From the NCBI GenBank assembly GCA_964035545.1, contig OZ037767.1:3674707-3738706 (forward strand): a stretch of DNA of 64,000 nt, in the 5' to 3' direction. This DNA comes from Bugula neritina (taxonomy: Eukaryota > Animalia > Bryozoa). Positions within the stretch are counted from its first letter, which is position 1, and each line of letters opens with the position of its first letter. This document shows positions 63,339 through 64,000 of the stretch, piece after piece. The position numbers and the translations under genes were made by a program. The notes under the pieces were generated by a model. The model made no database searches and was not told where the DNA came from. It saw only the letters and a program-made list of their open reading frames with translations.

Positions 63339-64000
63339 TATTTTATTTTGATAAAAAATATTTTATGACATTTTTTCTAATAAATGATATTACAATACAC
63401 TTTAATACTTTGTTTTAATGATAGTAGTGATAATATTTTCAATATAGTTTATGGCTGTTGGCAATTGAACACTATGGCATTGGTTTTTATGCACAGTGCC
63501 TTTTGATTTTATAAAGATATAAATAATGTATTCAATGAGTGAATGAAGCCAACGCTTCATTGCATACCTGTTCACCATAAACAAAATATAGGCTATGCAT
63601 TTGGCAGCGTACTGCAAAAATACTTTGAAAAATTCTTCAAGCTTGAAAGCAATTGCCATCAGTTAAATAAGTTCTTGTCATCAGGTAATTACTACAAGCT
63701 TCACAATTGAACTTGTTCAATCGTAGACTTTTGCGAGTCATTATTTTTCATTAAGCTAACCAGATGATGTTATGTTCTTTAATAAGTTTCAGATATAATT
63801 GGCATTGTCGACTGTTATATGAAACATTATGAGTTTTCTGGCTAGTCTACTATTTTTTTATTTTTTGATGATGGTGGGAAAACTAGTTTTACATGTTCCA
63901 TACTGATCTAAAACCGGGTTTTATTTATGCTTGTTAGCAGTGCCATCACTCGATACAAATGAGCAATTTTGACTGTTTGATAAGACAACTCTATAAAAAA

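Overview
AT-rich, intron-containing genomic DNA from an invertebrate animal; most short ORFs in the track are artefacts or exon fragments. From left to right the window holds: (1) a 1.2 kb CA-rich compound satellite; (2) a ~30-exon gene of unknown function (~1.6-20.6 kb, + strand) encoding a low-complexity Ser/Pro-rich protein with coiled-coil-like segments, with apparent in-frame stops and one frame-breaking exon; (3) three 9-exon SLC16/monocarboxylate-transporter paralogues (+,+,-; 24.2-44.1 kb); (4) four tandem sigma-like glutathione S-transferases (+; 45.5-63.3 kb), the first head-to-head with the third transporter. Introns carry MITEs, tRNA-derived SINEs, a LINE relic and many mini/microsatellites. 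The most striking non-coding structure is at 13.4-14.1 kb: three hammerhead-ribozyme motifs inside (TA)n tracts. Two are in tandem and bound a highly structured 271-nt unit (retrozyme/Penelope-pLTR-like), and the third lies in a perfect 132-bp antisense copy. The fourth GST has GTG at the paralogues' ATG position and appears to have gained a mitochondrial-presequence exon. All exon boundaries were derived by eye from GT-AG sites and phase continuity.
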